Source: Candidatus Magasanikiibacteriota bacterium
Lineage (GTDB): Bacteria > Patescibacteriota > Patescibacteriia > Magasanikbacterales > UBA922
Assembly: GCA_049287025.1 (NCBI GenBank)
Contig: JBAQFA010000009.1
Coordinates: 24,802-88,801 of the forward strand
Direction: 5' to 3'
Length of the DNA stretch: 64,000 nt
The notes beneath the pieces are model-generated. The model was not told the DNA's origin, did not search any database, and saw nothing but the letters and a program-made list of their open reading frames with translations. Numbering within the stretch: position 1 is the first letter of the stretch; each line of letters begins with the position of its first letter. Shown in pieces: positions 1 to 8,757 of the stretch. The translations under genes and the position numbers were made by a program.

Positions 1-1
1 T

Positions 2-226
2 ATTCATGTCCATGATGAAGAAACTGATGCGGAAATAAAAGTTATGGAAGCCATGTACGCTACCAACAAAGAATATTTGGACAAATTAAAACGCCCCGAA
101 GTCCGCGACACTATTGCCATGAGTTTACAAAATAGAAAAGTAATGGAATGGCTCACAGCCAAAGTAAAGGGTGAGGAAGTAGAGGAACACAAATGCGATC
201 ATGATCATAAACATGAAGACAAATAA
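2..226 (+). CDS. tig: Trigger factor, C-terminal fragment. The gene starts upstream of the window.
   Basis: The reading frame is open from base 2. The C-terminal residues (..RKVMEWLTAKVK..) and the acidic tail resemble Tig C-termini. Confidence 0.45.
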   Translation: MHVHDEETDAEIKVMEAMYATNKEYLDKLKRPEVRDTIAMSLQNRKVMEWLTAKVKGEEVEEHKCDHDHKHEDK

Positions 227-361
227 ACACTTTAACAGAACAACACCAAAACACTCCTACAAAAGGGGTGTTTTTTTACTTCCAAGCCTGCTATAATTAA
301 AATACTGTCATTTGTCATTCCTGCGAAAGCAGAAATCCACAATCACTTACACAAAAAAATT

Positions 362-592
362 ATGAAAAAAATAACTGTAAAAATTACTCCTCGTTCCAGC
401 AAAAATGAAATTGGCGAAACCATGTCTGATGGCACTATAAAAATAAAATTAAAAGCTCCCCCAGTTGATGGCGAAGCTAATAAAGAATTAATAAAATTTC
501 TAAGTGCTGAATGGAAAATCCCCAAATCAAAAATAAAAATTGTTAAAGGCCAAACTAGTAGAAATAAAATAATTGAAATTGATAAAAACTAA
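362..592 (+). CDS. DUF167/YggU family protein
   Basis: 76 aa. The KAPPVDGEAN...VKGQTSRNK pattern is typical of the YggU/UPF0235 family. Confidence 0.65.
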   Translation: MKKITVKITPRSSKNEIGETMSDGTIKIKLKAPPVDGEANKELIKFLSAEWKIPKSKIKIVKGQTSRNKIIEIDKN

Positions 593-722
593 AGTAATGA
601 AGTAATATAGTAAAAAAAATTTTGAGATTCTCTTTATTACTTCATTACTCTATTACTCTTTAATCAAAAATCCCAACAACTAGTCGGGATTATTTTTTTG
701 TTATCTGCTATCTGCACCATGA

Positions 723-1847
723 TTATTGACGAATAGGCATCACAATATACAAATACTCGTCTTTACCTTTGGGAGAAAACAAACATGGGGCGTCGCCACT
801 ATTTACTTTAAATTCTATCTCATCAGTTTCCATATGTTGGAGACCATCCAAAACATAGCGATGATTAAGTAAAATTGAATTTTCTTCGCCTTTTAGTTCA
901 ACATCAATTTCTGATGAGTGTTCACCAGTCTGAGTACTAGTAGATGAAACTCCGATTGTCCCCTCACCCACATTTAGATCAAATGAAACTGCGTTTACCC
1001 CCATAGTTGTAAAAAGACTAGCGGTTTTAATTTTATTTGTCATTTGGGCCACGGGAAAAACGGCTGTGGTTTTGAATTCACCAGGAATAATCTGGGCATA
1101 GTCTGGATATTTGCCATCAATCAATCGGGAAGTCATTTCAAAATCATCAAAGCGCAAAGCAATTTGATTTTCTGTGAGCCACAATCTTATTTTTGTTTCT
1201 CCACTCTTGGCTTTGGAAATTGTTATGAGTCTAATCATCTCATAAACTGTCCGAGCTGGTACAATAATTTTCATTTCATCACTTCCTTGTTCAATATTTA
1301 ATTTTTTTTCAGCCAAACGATAAGAATCAGTGGCTGCCATTACCAAACCTTTGTACCTATCAGCAAATAATCCAAAATAAACTCCAGCCAATTCTGGTCT
1401 GATTTCATTTTTGGCTGTGGCCACCACTACTTGACCCAAAGAATTTTTAAAATCTTCGGCATCCAAAACATAGGCATGTTGTTCTTCAATTTCTGGCATC
1501 ACTGGATATTCGTCAGCTGGTACGCCTTTTATTTTTGTGCTAGAAGAACCACAAGTAATTTTTATTTCATTTTCTACTAGTTCCATTTCTACTTGTTCGT
1601 CTGGCAAAAGATGAACAAAGTCAGTGAGAGTTTTGGCTGGCACCGTAAAACTGCCTGTATTTTCTACTTTGGCGCGCAAATTAACTTGAATGGCCATTTC
1701 CAAATTGGTTGTCATTAATTTTACTCCAGTGTCGTTTACCTGGATTAAAATATTTAACAAGATTGGTAAGTTAACTTGCTTACCCGCGACTCCACTAACC
1801 AAGTCTAGAGCATGTGATAAATTTTCTTTAGTACAAGTAAATTTCAT
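723..1847 (-). CDS. dnaN: DNA polymerase III beta sliding clamp
   Basis: About 374 aa with beta-clamp-like sequence throughout. It lies just downstream of dnaA. The start is taken at the internal MKFTC methionine. Confidence 0.9.
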   Translation of the reverse strand: MKFTCTKENLSHALDLVSGVAGKQVNLPILLNILIQVNDTGVKLMTTNLEMAIQVNLRAKVENTGSFTVPAKTLTDFVHLLPDEQVEMELVENEIKITCGSSSTKIKGVPADEYPVMPEIEEQHAYVLDAEDFKNSLGQVVVATAKNEIRPELAGVYFGLFADRYKGLVMAATDSYRLAEKKLNIEQGSDEMKIIVPARTVYEMIRLITISKAKSGETKIRLWLTENQIALRFDDFEMTSRLIDGKYPDYAQIIPGEFKTTAVFPVAQMTNKIKTASLFTTMGVNAVSFDLNVGEGTIGVSSTSTQTGEHSSEIDVELKGEENSILLNHRYVLDGLQHMETDEIEFKVNSGDAPCLFSPKGKDEYLYIVMPIRQ

Positions 1848-2144
1848 ATATTTGGACTTATGCACCTCACGTGCATTTTTTAAAATCCCCTCTGTTGTTT
1901 GTTATATATTTATATATTAAATTGATAATAGTAATAGGTGTTGTGGATAGTGTGCAAAAGTCGTTTTTTATTTTAGTTTTAGATAAATTTTGGTGTTAAT
2001 AATTTCTTAATAATTTTTTGTCTTCTTGTTGATAATTTTGGTTTTTATTTTTGCCCTGTTTATAACTCATTAATTATGAACAGTTTAAATTTTTATAATT
2101 ATATTCTTATCCCAAGCTTTATCCACCGTATTTGCAATTCTAGT

Positions 2145-3527
2145 TTAGATATTATCTACGTATAATCTTTGTTTGATCGCTTCAATTTCTTGTTTTAGTT
2201 TGGCGTCATTTTCAATCTCGGTTTTTATTTTGGTATGAGCGTGCATGGCTGTAGTGTGGTCGCGTCCGCCGAGTTCATTACCAATCGCCGGGTAAGACAT
2301 TTTTAATTCTTCACGTAGTAAGAACATAATAATTTGTCTGGGATTGGAAAGTCTTTTTTCTCGGCTCTTACCAGCAATATCATCAATCGCCACGTCATAA
2401 AATTCTGATACCACACTAGTTAACTCTTTTGGAGTAAGAGAGCGTTTCATACTTTGCGCTTCAAAACTTGATAAGACAGATTTTACGCTTTCTTTAGTTG
2501 GTTCAGTATTTTTTAATTCATGAAAAGCAATAATTTTATTTAGCGCGCCTTCTAGTTCCCGGATATTACTTTGGACAGTGGCCGCGATTAAATTTATCAG
2601 TTCATCGGACAAATTATATTTTTTCTCCTGAGCTTTTGATTTCAAAATGGCTGATCTCGTTTCCAAATCTGGCGCTGCGATATCTGCAATCATCCCCCAT
2701 TCAAATCTAGAGCGTAAACGATCTTCCAAAGCTGGGATGGCTTTTGGTGGGCGATCAGAAGTAAGCACGACTTGTTTGCCTTGTTGATGTAGTTCGTTGA
2801 AAGTGTGAAAAAATTCCTCCTGAGTTTGTTCTTTGCCACCAATGAATTGAATGTCGTCAATCAAGAGTAAATCAACATTGCGATAGCGATCTTTAAATTC
2901 TTTGGCTCGGCCTTCTTTTACTGAAGTGACAAATTCATTAGTAAATTTTTCTGAAGAAACATAGAGAATTTTTGTTTGCGGATTATTTTCTAGCATTTTG
3001 TGGCCAATCGCTTGCAGAAGATGAGTCTTGCCTAATCCGACCCCACCATAGATAAATAATGGGTTGTAGGCTTCTCCTGGTCGGTTAGCAGAGGCTTGGG
3101 CAGCAGCATGAGCGAGTTCATTGCCCTTACCAACAATAAAAGTGTCAAAAGTATATTTTATATTTAGACCAAATTTACTACCCAAAGATTGATTTTTTGG
3201 CGCCGAATAAATTGGCGTGGCTGCACTAGATACATTTGGTTCAGTGGACATGGTACATTCTTTTTCTTCAATCAATTTGGAATTTTCTACTTTATATTCT
3301 ACTTTTTTTACTGGCTTACCTGTCACTCGTTCCAAAATTTTTATAATTTCTGGATGATATTTTTTTTCCAGCCAGCTCTTGGTAAAAGTATTAGGCACAC
3401 AAATAATTACCTGACCAACTTCATATTGGCCAATACCAGTATTGCGGAACCAAGTAGTAAAATTAGCTTTGGAAACTTTTAATTCAAATTCAGCGAGAAC
3501 AGCTTGCCAGATTTCGTGATTTGTCAT
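2145..3527 (-). CDS. dnaA: Chromosomal replication initiator DnaA
   Basis: 460 aa. It has Walker A GGVGLGKTHL, the AAA+ core and a C-terminal DnaA-box binding domain (..TTAMHAHTKI..). Confidence 0.95.
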   Translation of the reverse strand: MTNHEIWQAVLAEFELKVSKANFTTWFRNTGIGQYEVGQVIICVPNTFTKSWLEKKYHPEIIKILERVTGKPVKKVEYKVENSKLIEEKECTMSTEPNVSSAATPIYSAPKNQSLGSKFGLNIKYTFDTFIVGKGNELAHAAAQASANRPGEAYNPLFIYGGVGLGKTHLLQAIGHKMLENNPQTKILYVSSEKFTNEFVTSVKEGRAKEFKDRYRNVDLLLIDDIQFIGGKEQTQEEFFHTFNELHQQGKQVVLTSDRPPKAIPALEDRLRSRFEWGMIADIAAPDLETRSAILKSKAQEKKYNLSDELINLIAATVQSNIRELEGALNKIIAFHELKNTEPTKESVKSVLSSFEAQSMKRSLTPKELTSVVSEFYDVAIDDIAGKSREKRLSNPRQIIMFLLREELKMSYPAIGNELGGRDHTTAMHAHTKIKTEIENDAKLKQEIEAIKQRLYVDNI

Positions 3528-3699
3528 AATTAGAATGATGCTAATATACGAATTGTACTAATGATACTAATAATAATTTGTATAGCATCGGTATAATTCG
3601 TATGAATTAGTATATTAGAATCGCATTATTTTTTAAAGTGAACCTATTTTAGCACATAATTATTTATTAAAAAATGGCTTAAAAAAGGCAAAAAGTGTA

Positions 3700-3730
3700 C
3701 ATAATGGGGACAAGCTGTGGATTGTGGGGA
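3700..3730. promoter_or_regulatory. DnaA-box cluster in the dnaA-rpmH divergent intergenic region
   Basis: TGTGGATtg and TGGGGATAA are each within 1-2 mismatches of TGTGGATAA. Further near-consensus boxes lie at 1938-1950 and 2117-2125. Confidence 0.5.
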
Positions 3731-3828
3731 TAAGTCATATTTGGGTGGTATGAATTGGAAGTATCTTTCTCTTGACAAAATTCCTCAAATCAATTATAAT
3801 CCTCTCACTAATTATAAATAATAATTTT

Positions 3829-4005
3829 ATGCCAAAAAGAACTTACCAACCAAAGAAACGTAAGAGAGCCAAATGTCATGGTTTTTTGTCTCGCATGGAA
3901 ACTAGCAATGGTAGAAATGTATTAAAGAGACGTAGAGACAAAGGCAGAAAAAAATTGACTGTTAGCGATGAGAAAAAAGGCAAGAGAACTAGAAAGACTC
4001 GCTAA
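3829..4005 (+). CDS. rpmH: 50S ribosomal protein L34, with an unusual ~13-aa basic C-terminal extension
   Basis: [45 protein letters not shown] is canonical L34. The ORF then continues ..[13 protein letters not shown]. Confidence 0.85.
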   Translation: MPKRTYQPKKRKRAKCHGFLSRMETSNGRNVLKRRRDKGRKKLTVSDEKKGKRTRKTR

Positions 4006-4026
4006 AATTAGCCAAAAATATTAATA

Positions 4027-4056
4027 AAGGCCTCGTACGTTCGAGGCTTTTGTGTT
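4027..4056 (+). terminator. Intrinsic terminator after rpmH
   Basis: GCCTCG tacgtt CGAGGC hairpin followed by TTTT. Confidence 0.55.
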
Positions 4057-4157
4057 ATACTTTAACTATACGGATATCCAGATAATCCAGATTTGCAGAT
4101 ACTGCGATCCGTCAATCTGGATTATCAGTATATCTGGATAGTAAAATCGCCCAAAAT

Positions 4158-4535
4158 ATGCTAAAACCAAATAACAGACTAACAAAAATGAAAGATTTTG
4201 AGATTCTCTTTAAAGAGGGTAAGTTTGTTAATGGCACTTTATCATCATTAAAGATTTGGAAAATTGAGCCAGAAAAGTATCCTAGACGTAAATACACCCA
4301 AGATGAATTAAGAATCGGTTTTGTGGTTAGTATTAAAATTAGTAAAAAAGCCGTAGACAGAAACAGAATCAAACGGCAAATGAGAGAAGTTGTCCGTCTT
4401 TTAATTAAGGATAATAAGATAAAATCCGGTTTTCATCTGGCTTTTATTACCAAACCAGAGGTCTTGGGTAAAGAATATAAGGAAATTGAAGACGATATTA
4501 TTAAATTATTACGCCGAGCTGATATAATGTTATGA
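4158..4535 (+). CDS. rnpA: RNase P protein component
   Basis: 125-aa basic protein in the conserved rpmH-rnpA-yidD arrangement. Confidence 0.8.
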   Translation: MLKPNNRLTKMKDFEILFKEGKFVNGTLSSLKIWKIEPEKYPRRKYTQDELRIGFVVSIKISKKAVDRNRIKRQMREVVRLLIKDNKIKSGFHLAFITKPEVLGKEYKEIEDDIIKLLRRADIML

Positions 4536-4795
4536 AAAATTTAGTCTACAAAATAATTTATATTTTTAGATTACCATTTCTTTGGTTGATTCGTTTGTAT
4601 CAGAAAACATTTTCACCAGATCATGGACCTTTAAAACATTTTTATCCGCATGGTTATTGTAAGTATTATCCCACCTGTAGTCAGTATGGGTATGAAGTAA
4701 TAAAGAAACGTGGAATTATAGTTGGCGGTTTAAAAACAATATGGCGGATATTGCGATGTAATCCGTGGTCAAAGGGTGGAGTTGATTTACCTTAA
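4532..4795 (+). CDS. yidD: Membrane protein insertion efficiency factor YidD
   Basis: 87 aa. It has the ..[13 protein letters not shown]-terminus and the conserved Cys pattern of YidD. It overlaps the rnpA stop. Confidence 0.85.
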   Translation: MKNLVYKIIYIFRLPFLWLIRLYQKTFSPDHGPLKHFYPHGYCKYYPTCSQYGYEVIKKRGIIVGGLKTIWRILRCNPWSKGGVDLP

Positions 4796-4814
4796 AAATG
4801 TACAGACTATTCTA

Positions 4815-4865
4815 TACAACTGTGGATAACTCTGGGGATAGAGTAACCAAAAAGTGGATAACATT
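4815..4865. promoter_or_regulatory. DnaA-box cluster. This is a candidate oriC sub-region downstream of yidD.
   Basis: It has a perfect TGTGGATAA at about 4821-4830, aGTGGATAA at about 4853-4862 and GGGGATAGA between them. Confidence 0.5.
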
Positions 4866-4970
4866 AGGTTTGAAAGCCTAATTTTTTATTTGTATAGGCT
4901 ACTCTATACATACTTATGCACAATTAAAATGGCTTATTTTAGCTAAATTTTGCTTATTTTAGCTAAACTA

Positions 4971-4999
4971 TTGACAAAAGTGGTATTTTATGCTATACT
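4971..4999 (+). promoter_or_regulatory. Consensus sigma70 promoter, TTGACA-17bp-TATACT
   Basis: Both hexamers are perfect and the spacing is 17 bp. There is no ORF downstream. Confidence 0.6.
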
Positions 5000-5005
5000 A
5001 TATTC

Positions 5006-5401
5006 AGTTCCTTCAAAATATAGATATGTTCGATTCGACTTTGTCGAATGGAGCATGTTTCCATCCACTGCTTTTTTACTAGGCTAACTCTTATGAATTT
5101 GTATAAAGTAATCTATACAAATTCCTTAAAACAAAAACAAAAGTTAAAAATGAGAGTAAAAGCTAGCCTAGACAGGTGACTCCCACCTTTCATGCATCAA
5201 GGGCTTCACAGCCACACTTGATGTCGGGAGCAAACACCGCCGAGTGGTGGAGGGAATTATACCGTCCCAGTATGACGGCTTGCCTAATCGGGCGTTCTAA
5301 GAGCTTAAAAATTTGAGATCTTGGATTGCCCGAGTGGCGCGTTTCTGGGATTTAAAGGTGGCACGCCACAAAATCACCGGGGCGATTGACCACCTTTTTT
5401 T
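5006..5401 (+). ncRNA. Candidate structured ncRNA of about 390 nt, possibly two consecutive RNAs. Identity is unresolved.
   Basis: A consensus promoter lies upstream. The GC-rich helical core at 5161-5395 contrasts with the AT-rich surroundings. A hairpin at 5036-5056 is followed by a U-run. At the 3' end is a nested stem (AAGGTGG..GTGGCacGCCAC..CCACCTT) followed by TTTTTTT. No ORF of 60 aa or more is present. Confidence 0.4.
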
Positions 5402-5560
5402 ATTGCAAAAATACAGACTTACAAATAATCCGACTTAACGGGTGCCAAGCCATATGGATTGGGTTGAGTATTTAAATGTTGACTTTTAATTAACATATGA
5501 TATAATGACGTTCTTATAAATATGTGGTAAAATAAAAGCATATTTTGATTAAATACATAT

Positions 5561-5947
5561 ATGACCAAGACTAAATTTACAAAGACTTTTTTGGATGAAA
5601 TAAAGAAAAATTTATTAGAAGAGAAAATTCATCTGGAATCAGAATTAGAAAAATTTGCCAAGAAAAATTCTCATGCTGAGAATGATTATGATACCACTTT
5701 TCCAGAGTACGGTGATGAAGAGGATGAAAATGCTCGCGAAGTAGCTGATTATACGGCCAATAAACCACTAGAAATTTCTTTGGAAAATACTTTGCGTGAT
5801 GTGGTCAAATCTTTAAAAAGATTGGAAGATAATACTTATGGTTTTTGTAAGTATTGTGATAATCCAATTGAAGAAAAAAGATTATTGGCTCGTCCGACTT
5901 CTAGCGCGTGTGTAAGTTGTAAAAAAACACTAACACAAGAGGCTTAA
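5561..5947 (+). CDS. DksA/TraR family C4-type zinc-finger protein
   Basis: 128 aa with an acidic coiled-coil N-terminus and a C-terminal CxxC-17-CxxC (CKYCDNPI...CVSCKK). Confidence 0.7.
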   Translation: MTKTKFTKTFLDEIKKNLLEEKIHLESELEKFAKKNSHAENDYDTTFPEYGDEEDENAREVADYTANKPLEISLENTLRDVVKSLKRLEDNTYGFCKYCDNPIEEKRLLARPTSSACVSCKKTLTQEA

Positions 5948-5997
5948 AGTAATCACGAATGCCATACGAATTAAACTAATTAATCACGAATTGTGAT

Positions 5998-6471
5998 TTG
6001 TATATGAAAAATAAAATCCACCTAACAATTTATATTGTAATCGGTGGATTTTTTTTATTGTTGGATCAGTTGTTAAAATATTTGGCGCGGACTAATTCTG
6101 ATTTTAGTTTTTATCTTTGGAAAAATTGGTTGGGCTGGGAATATTTCCCCAATCCTGGCATTGCTTTTTCTTTACCCGTACCAAATTGGTTAGTAGTTAT
6201 TTTTACGCCAATAATTTTATTAGGATTATTTATTTGGATAAGACGAACACATAACACATATCACATATCACATATCACAAGACAGTTATCACTATTTTTT
6301 ATTATTGCTGGGGCGGTTTCAAATTACATTGATCGCGTATTATTCGGTGTCACTATAGATTATATTCGTATTCTTACTGGGGTAATAAATTTGGCGGATG
6401 TGATGATTGTGGTGGGGGTAGGGTTGTTATTGTTGGATGAAAGATTGAAGAAAATTAATATTAAACTTTAA
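5998..6471 (+). CDS. lspA: Lipoprotein signal peptidase II
   Basis: The motifs NPGIAFSL and AVSNYIDRV and a multi-TM topology are present. An in-frame (ATCACAT)x3 micro-repeat lies at 6250-6285. Confidence 0.8.
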   Translation: MYMKNKIHLTIYIVIGGFFLLLDQLLKYLARTNSDFSFYLWKNWLGWEYFPNPGIAFSLPVPNWLVVIFTPIILLGLFIWIRRTHNTYHISHITRQLSLFFIIAGAVSNYIDRVLFGVTIDYIRILTGVINLADVMIVVGVGLLLLDERLKKINIKL

Positions 6472-6475
6472 TTAT

Positions 6476-7015
6476 ATGATAGAAAATAGTAAATTATTTT
6501 TTTTGATTTTAATTCTGTTTTTAGTTGGGGTTGGCTGCGTAAGTGTTCAGCAGAATACAATAGGTGAAGGTTCTGGTGGTAAAATGGATAACGAGATTGC
6601 AGAGACTAATGCACAGCTAGGAGGAAAAGAAGAGAGTGTTTCTTCTCTTCAAGATTATTCGTATGGTTGTAAAAAACGTTTAGGTGATAATAGTCATATG
6701 AATGAACAAACAGGAAAATGTGAGTGTGATGATGGACATGTCTTCAGTATCGAAGAACCTATTAAGTGTATATCAGCGAATGATTATTGCATATTTTTGA
6801 AAGGAAAGAATTCTATTTCTAATCTAAATGGAGAAAAATATGATTGTATGTGTAAGGATGGTTATAAGATAGATTTAAGTTTGTCACCGAAGTGTATTAT
6901 AGACTGTTCCCCAATAAATGGTGTGATTGCCACAGAAGATTTGTGTGCTTGTCCTAATAATTATGACTATGACTATGGTGTAAGCAAATGTATGCCGATT
7001 GATGATTTAAAATAG
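6476..7015 (+). CDS. Cys-rich lipoprotein, hypothetical
   Basis: Lipobox LVGVGC, followed by many paired Cys residues resembling EGF-like repeats. Confidence 0.5.
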   Translation: MIENSKLFFLILILFLVGVGCVSVQQNTIGEGSGGKMDNEIAETNAQLGGKEESVSSLQDYSYGCKKRLGDNSHMNEQTGKCECDDGHVFSIEEPIKCISANDYCIFLKGKNSISNLNGEKYDCMCKDGYKIDLSLSPKCIIDCSPINGVIATEDLCACPNNYDYDYGVSKCMPIDDLK

Positions 7016-7039
7016 GTTAATTGAGAAATTAAAAAATAA

Positions 7040-7066
7040 AATCACCTAGGTTCAGGTGATTTTTGT
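7040..7066 (+). terminator. Intrinsic terminator
   Basis: AATCACCTAGG ttc AGGTGATTTTTG. Confidence 0.5.
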
Positions 7067-7155
7067 TATCTGATATCTGCACAATGTGGTATAATAAATG
7101 TAATTTTTAATGTGGGCGAACGCAACTTGAAAAGGGATTCTTCGCTTCGCTCAGA

Positions 7156-8688
7156 ATGACAGACGATATGTTTACCAAAATAAATTCCGCGGCCACTCTG
7201 GGTTTGGAATGTGAACCAATAATTGTTGAAACAGATATTTCCCCGACTTTTCAAGGTTTCCAGATTATTGGGTTACCTGATATGGCGATCCAGGAAGCTA
7301 AAGAAAGAATTAGAACAGTATGGCGAAACAGTGGTCTTACTTTTCCCAATGGCCATCGCATTTTAGTTAATTTGGCGCCAGCGGATGTTCGCAAAGAAGG
7401 CTCGGCGTTTGATTTACCCATTGCCGTGGGTATGTTTACAGCCAAAGAAGGATTAGAAATAAATTTATCTGATTGTCTTTTTATTGGGGAATTGGCTCTA
7501 GATGGGAGTCTGCGTCATACCAATGGAATACTTCCTTTAGCAATTCACGCCAAAGATCGGGGTTATAAAAAAATCTTTGTGCCAGCGGTGAATGCGCGTG
7601 AAGCATCTCTCATAAAAGAAATTGAAGTTTATCCGGTAGAAAATTTTCAACAAATGATTGCGCATTTATTAGGTAATGAATTGATAATTAAACAAGAACC
7701 ACAACCTTTGACTGATTTATTTGTAGTTAGAGAAATAGAAATGGATATGGCTTATATCAAAGGCCAGGAATTTGCCAAGCGCGCTTTGGAAGTGGCCGCG
7801 AGTGGAGCACACAATATTTTATTAAATGGTCCGCCAGGGTCAGGCAAAACTTTATTGGCTAGAAGTTTACCATCAATTTTACCGCCCATGACAGAAGAGG
7901 AAGCCATTGAAGTGACCAAGATTTATTCGGTAGCGGGATTGTTGCCCCATGATCAGCCATTAATTACTGAACGGCCGTTTCGTTCACCGCATCATAGTGC
8001 GAGCGCCATGTCTCTGGTTGGTGGAGGAAAATTTCCTCGGCCAGGAGAAATTTCTTTGGCTCACCGCGGAGTTTTATTTCTTGATGAGTTTACCGAGTTT
8101 CCTAGAATTGTTTTGGAAAATTTACGCCAGCCGTTAGAAGATGGTTTTGTGACCATTGCTCGCGTGCAAAGTACGATTTCTTATCCCGCGCAATTTACTT
8201 TGGTGGCCTCACAAAATCCTTGTCCATGTGGTTATGCCACAGATCCAGATAAGCGGTGTATATGTAGCCCAATGCAAGTAGCCAATTATCAAAAGAAAAT
8301 TAGTGGGCCAATGCTTGATCGAATTGATCTTCATGTAGAAGTACCGCGCGTGGAATTTGAAAAGTTATCCAAAGATAGTTTAGCCGAGTCTTCGGCAGAA
8401 ATTCGCCTGCGAGTAGAAGAAGCCCGTGATCGACAAACTGTAAGGTTTAAAAATTGTTCAGCCAAGACAAATAGTGAAATGAAAAATAAAGAAATAAAAG
8501 AATTTTGTAAATTGGATGAACAATCACTTGATTTATTGCGTCAAGCAGTTCAGCATATGCATTTGTCAGCGCGGAGTTATCATCGGATTTTAAAATTAGC
8601 GCGAACGATTGCTGACCTGTCTAAAAGTGATAATATTTTACAAACGCATGTGGCCGAGGCTCTGCAATATCGGGCAAAAGTTGATTGA
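7156..8688 (+). CDS. comM: YifB/ComM family Mg-chelatase-like AAA+ ATPase
   Basis: 510 aa. It has an N-terminal Lon-like domain (GLPDMAIQEAKERI), Walker A GPPGSGKT, a C4 zinc motif and a C-terminal Mg_chelatase_C domain. Confidence 0.85.
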   Translation: MTDDMFTKINSAATLGLECEPIIVETDISPTFQGFQIIGLPDMAIQEAKERIRTVWRNSGLTFPNGHRILVNLAPADVRKEGSAFDLPIAVGMFTAKEGLEINLSDCLFIGELALDGSLRHTNGILPLAIHAKDRGYKKIFVPAVNAREASLIKEIEVYPVENFQQMIAHLLGNELIIKQEPQPLTDLFVVREIEMDMAYIKGQEFAKRALEVAASGAHNILLNGPPGSGKTLLARSLPSILPPMTEEEAIEVTKIYSVAGLLPHDQPLITERPFRSPHHSASAMSLVGGGKFPRPGEISLAHRGVLFLDEFTEFPRIVLENLRQPLEDGFVTIARVQSTISYPAQFTLVASQNPCPCGYATDPDKRCICSPMQVANYQKKISGPMLDRIDLHVEVPRVEFEKLSKDSLAESSAEIRLRVEEARDRQTVRFKNCSAKTNSEMKNKEIKEFCKLDEQSLDLLRQAVQHMHLSARSYHRILKLARTIADLSKSDNILQTHVAEALQYRAKVD

Positions 8689-8757
8689 CACATATCATGA
8701 ATCACATAACACATAACAAAAACACCAACTTGTCAGTTGGTGTTTGTTTGTAAATTA

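Noticed and set aside
3189-3482. 97-aa plus-strand ORF inside dnaA
   Set aside because: It lies entirely within the well-supported dnaA coding region on the opposite strand. It is Phe/Ile-rich, as expected from reading AT-rich antisense sequence.
5006-5401. Calling the ncRNA specifically RNase P RNA or tmRNA
   Set aside because: There is no GGAAAGUCCGGGCUCC P4 box. There is no G3:U70 acceptor, no CCACCA end and no recognisable tag ORF. Some short similarities to E. coli rnpB (GAGCAAAC-CGCCGA) are insufficient, so it is left unassigned.
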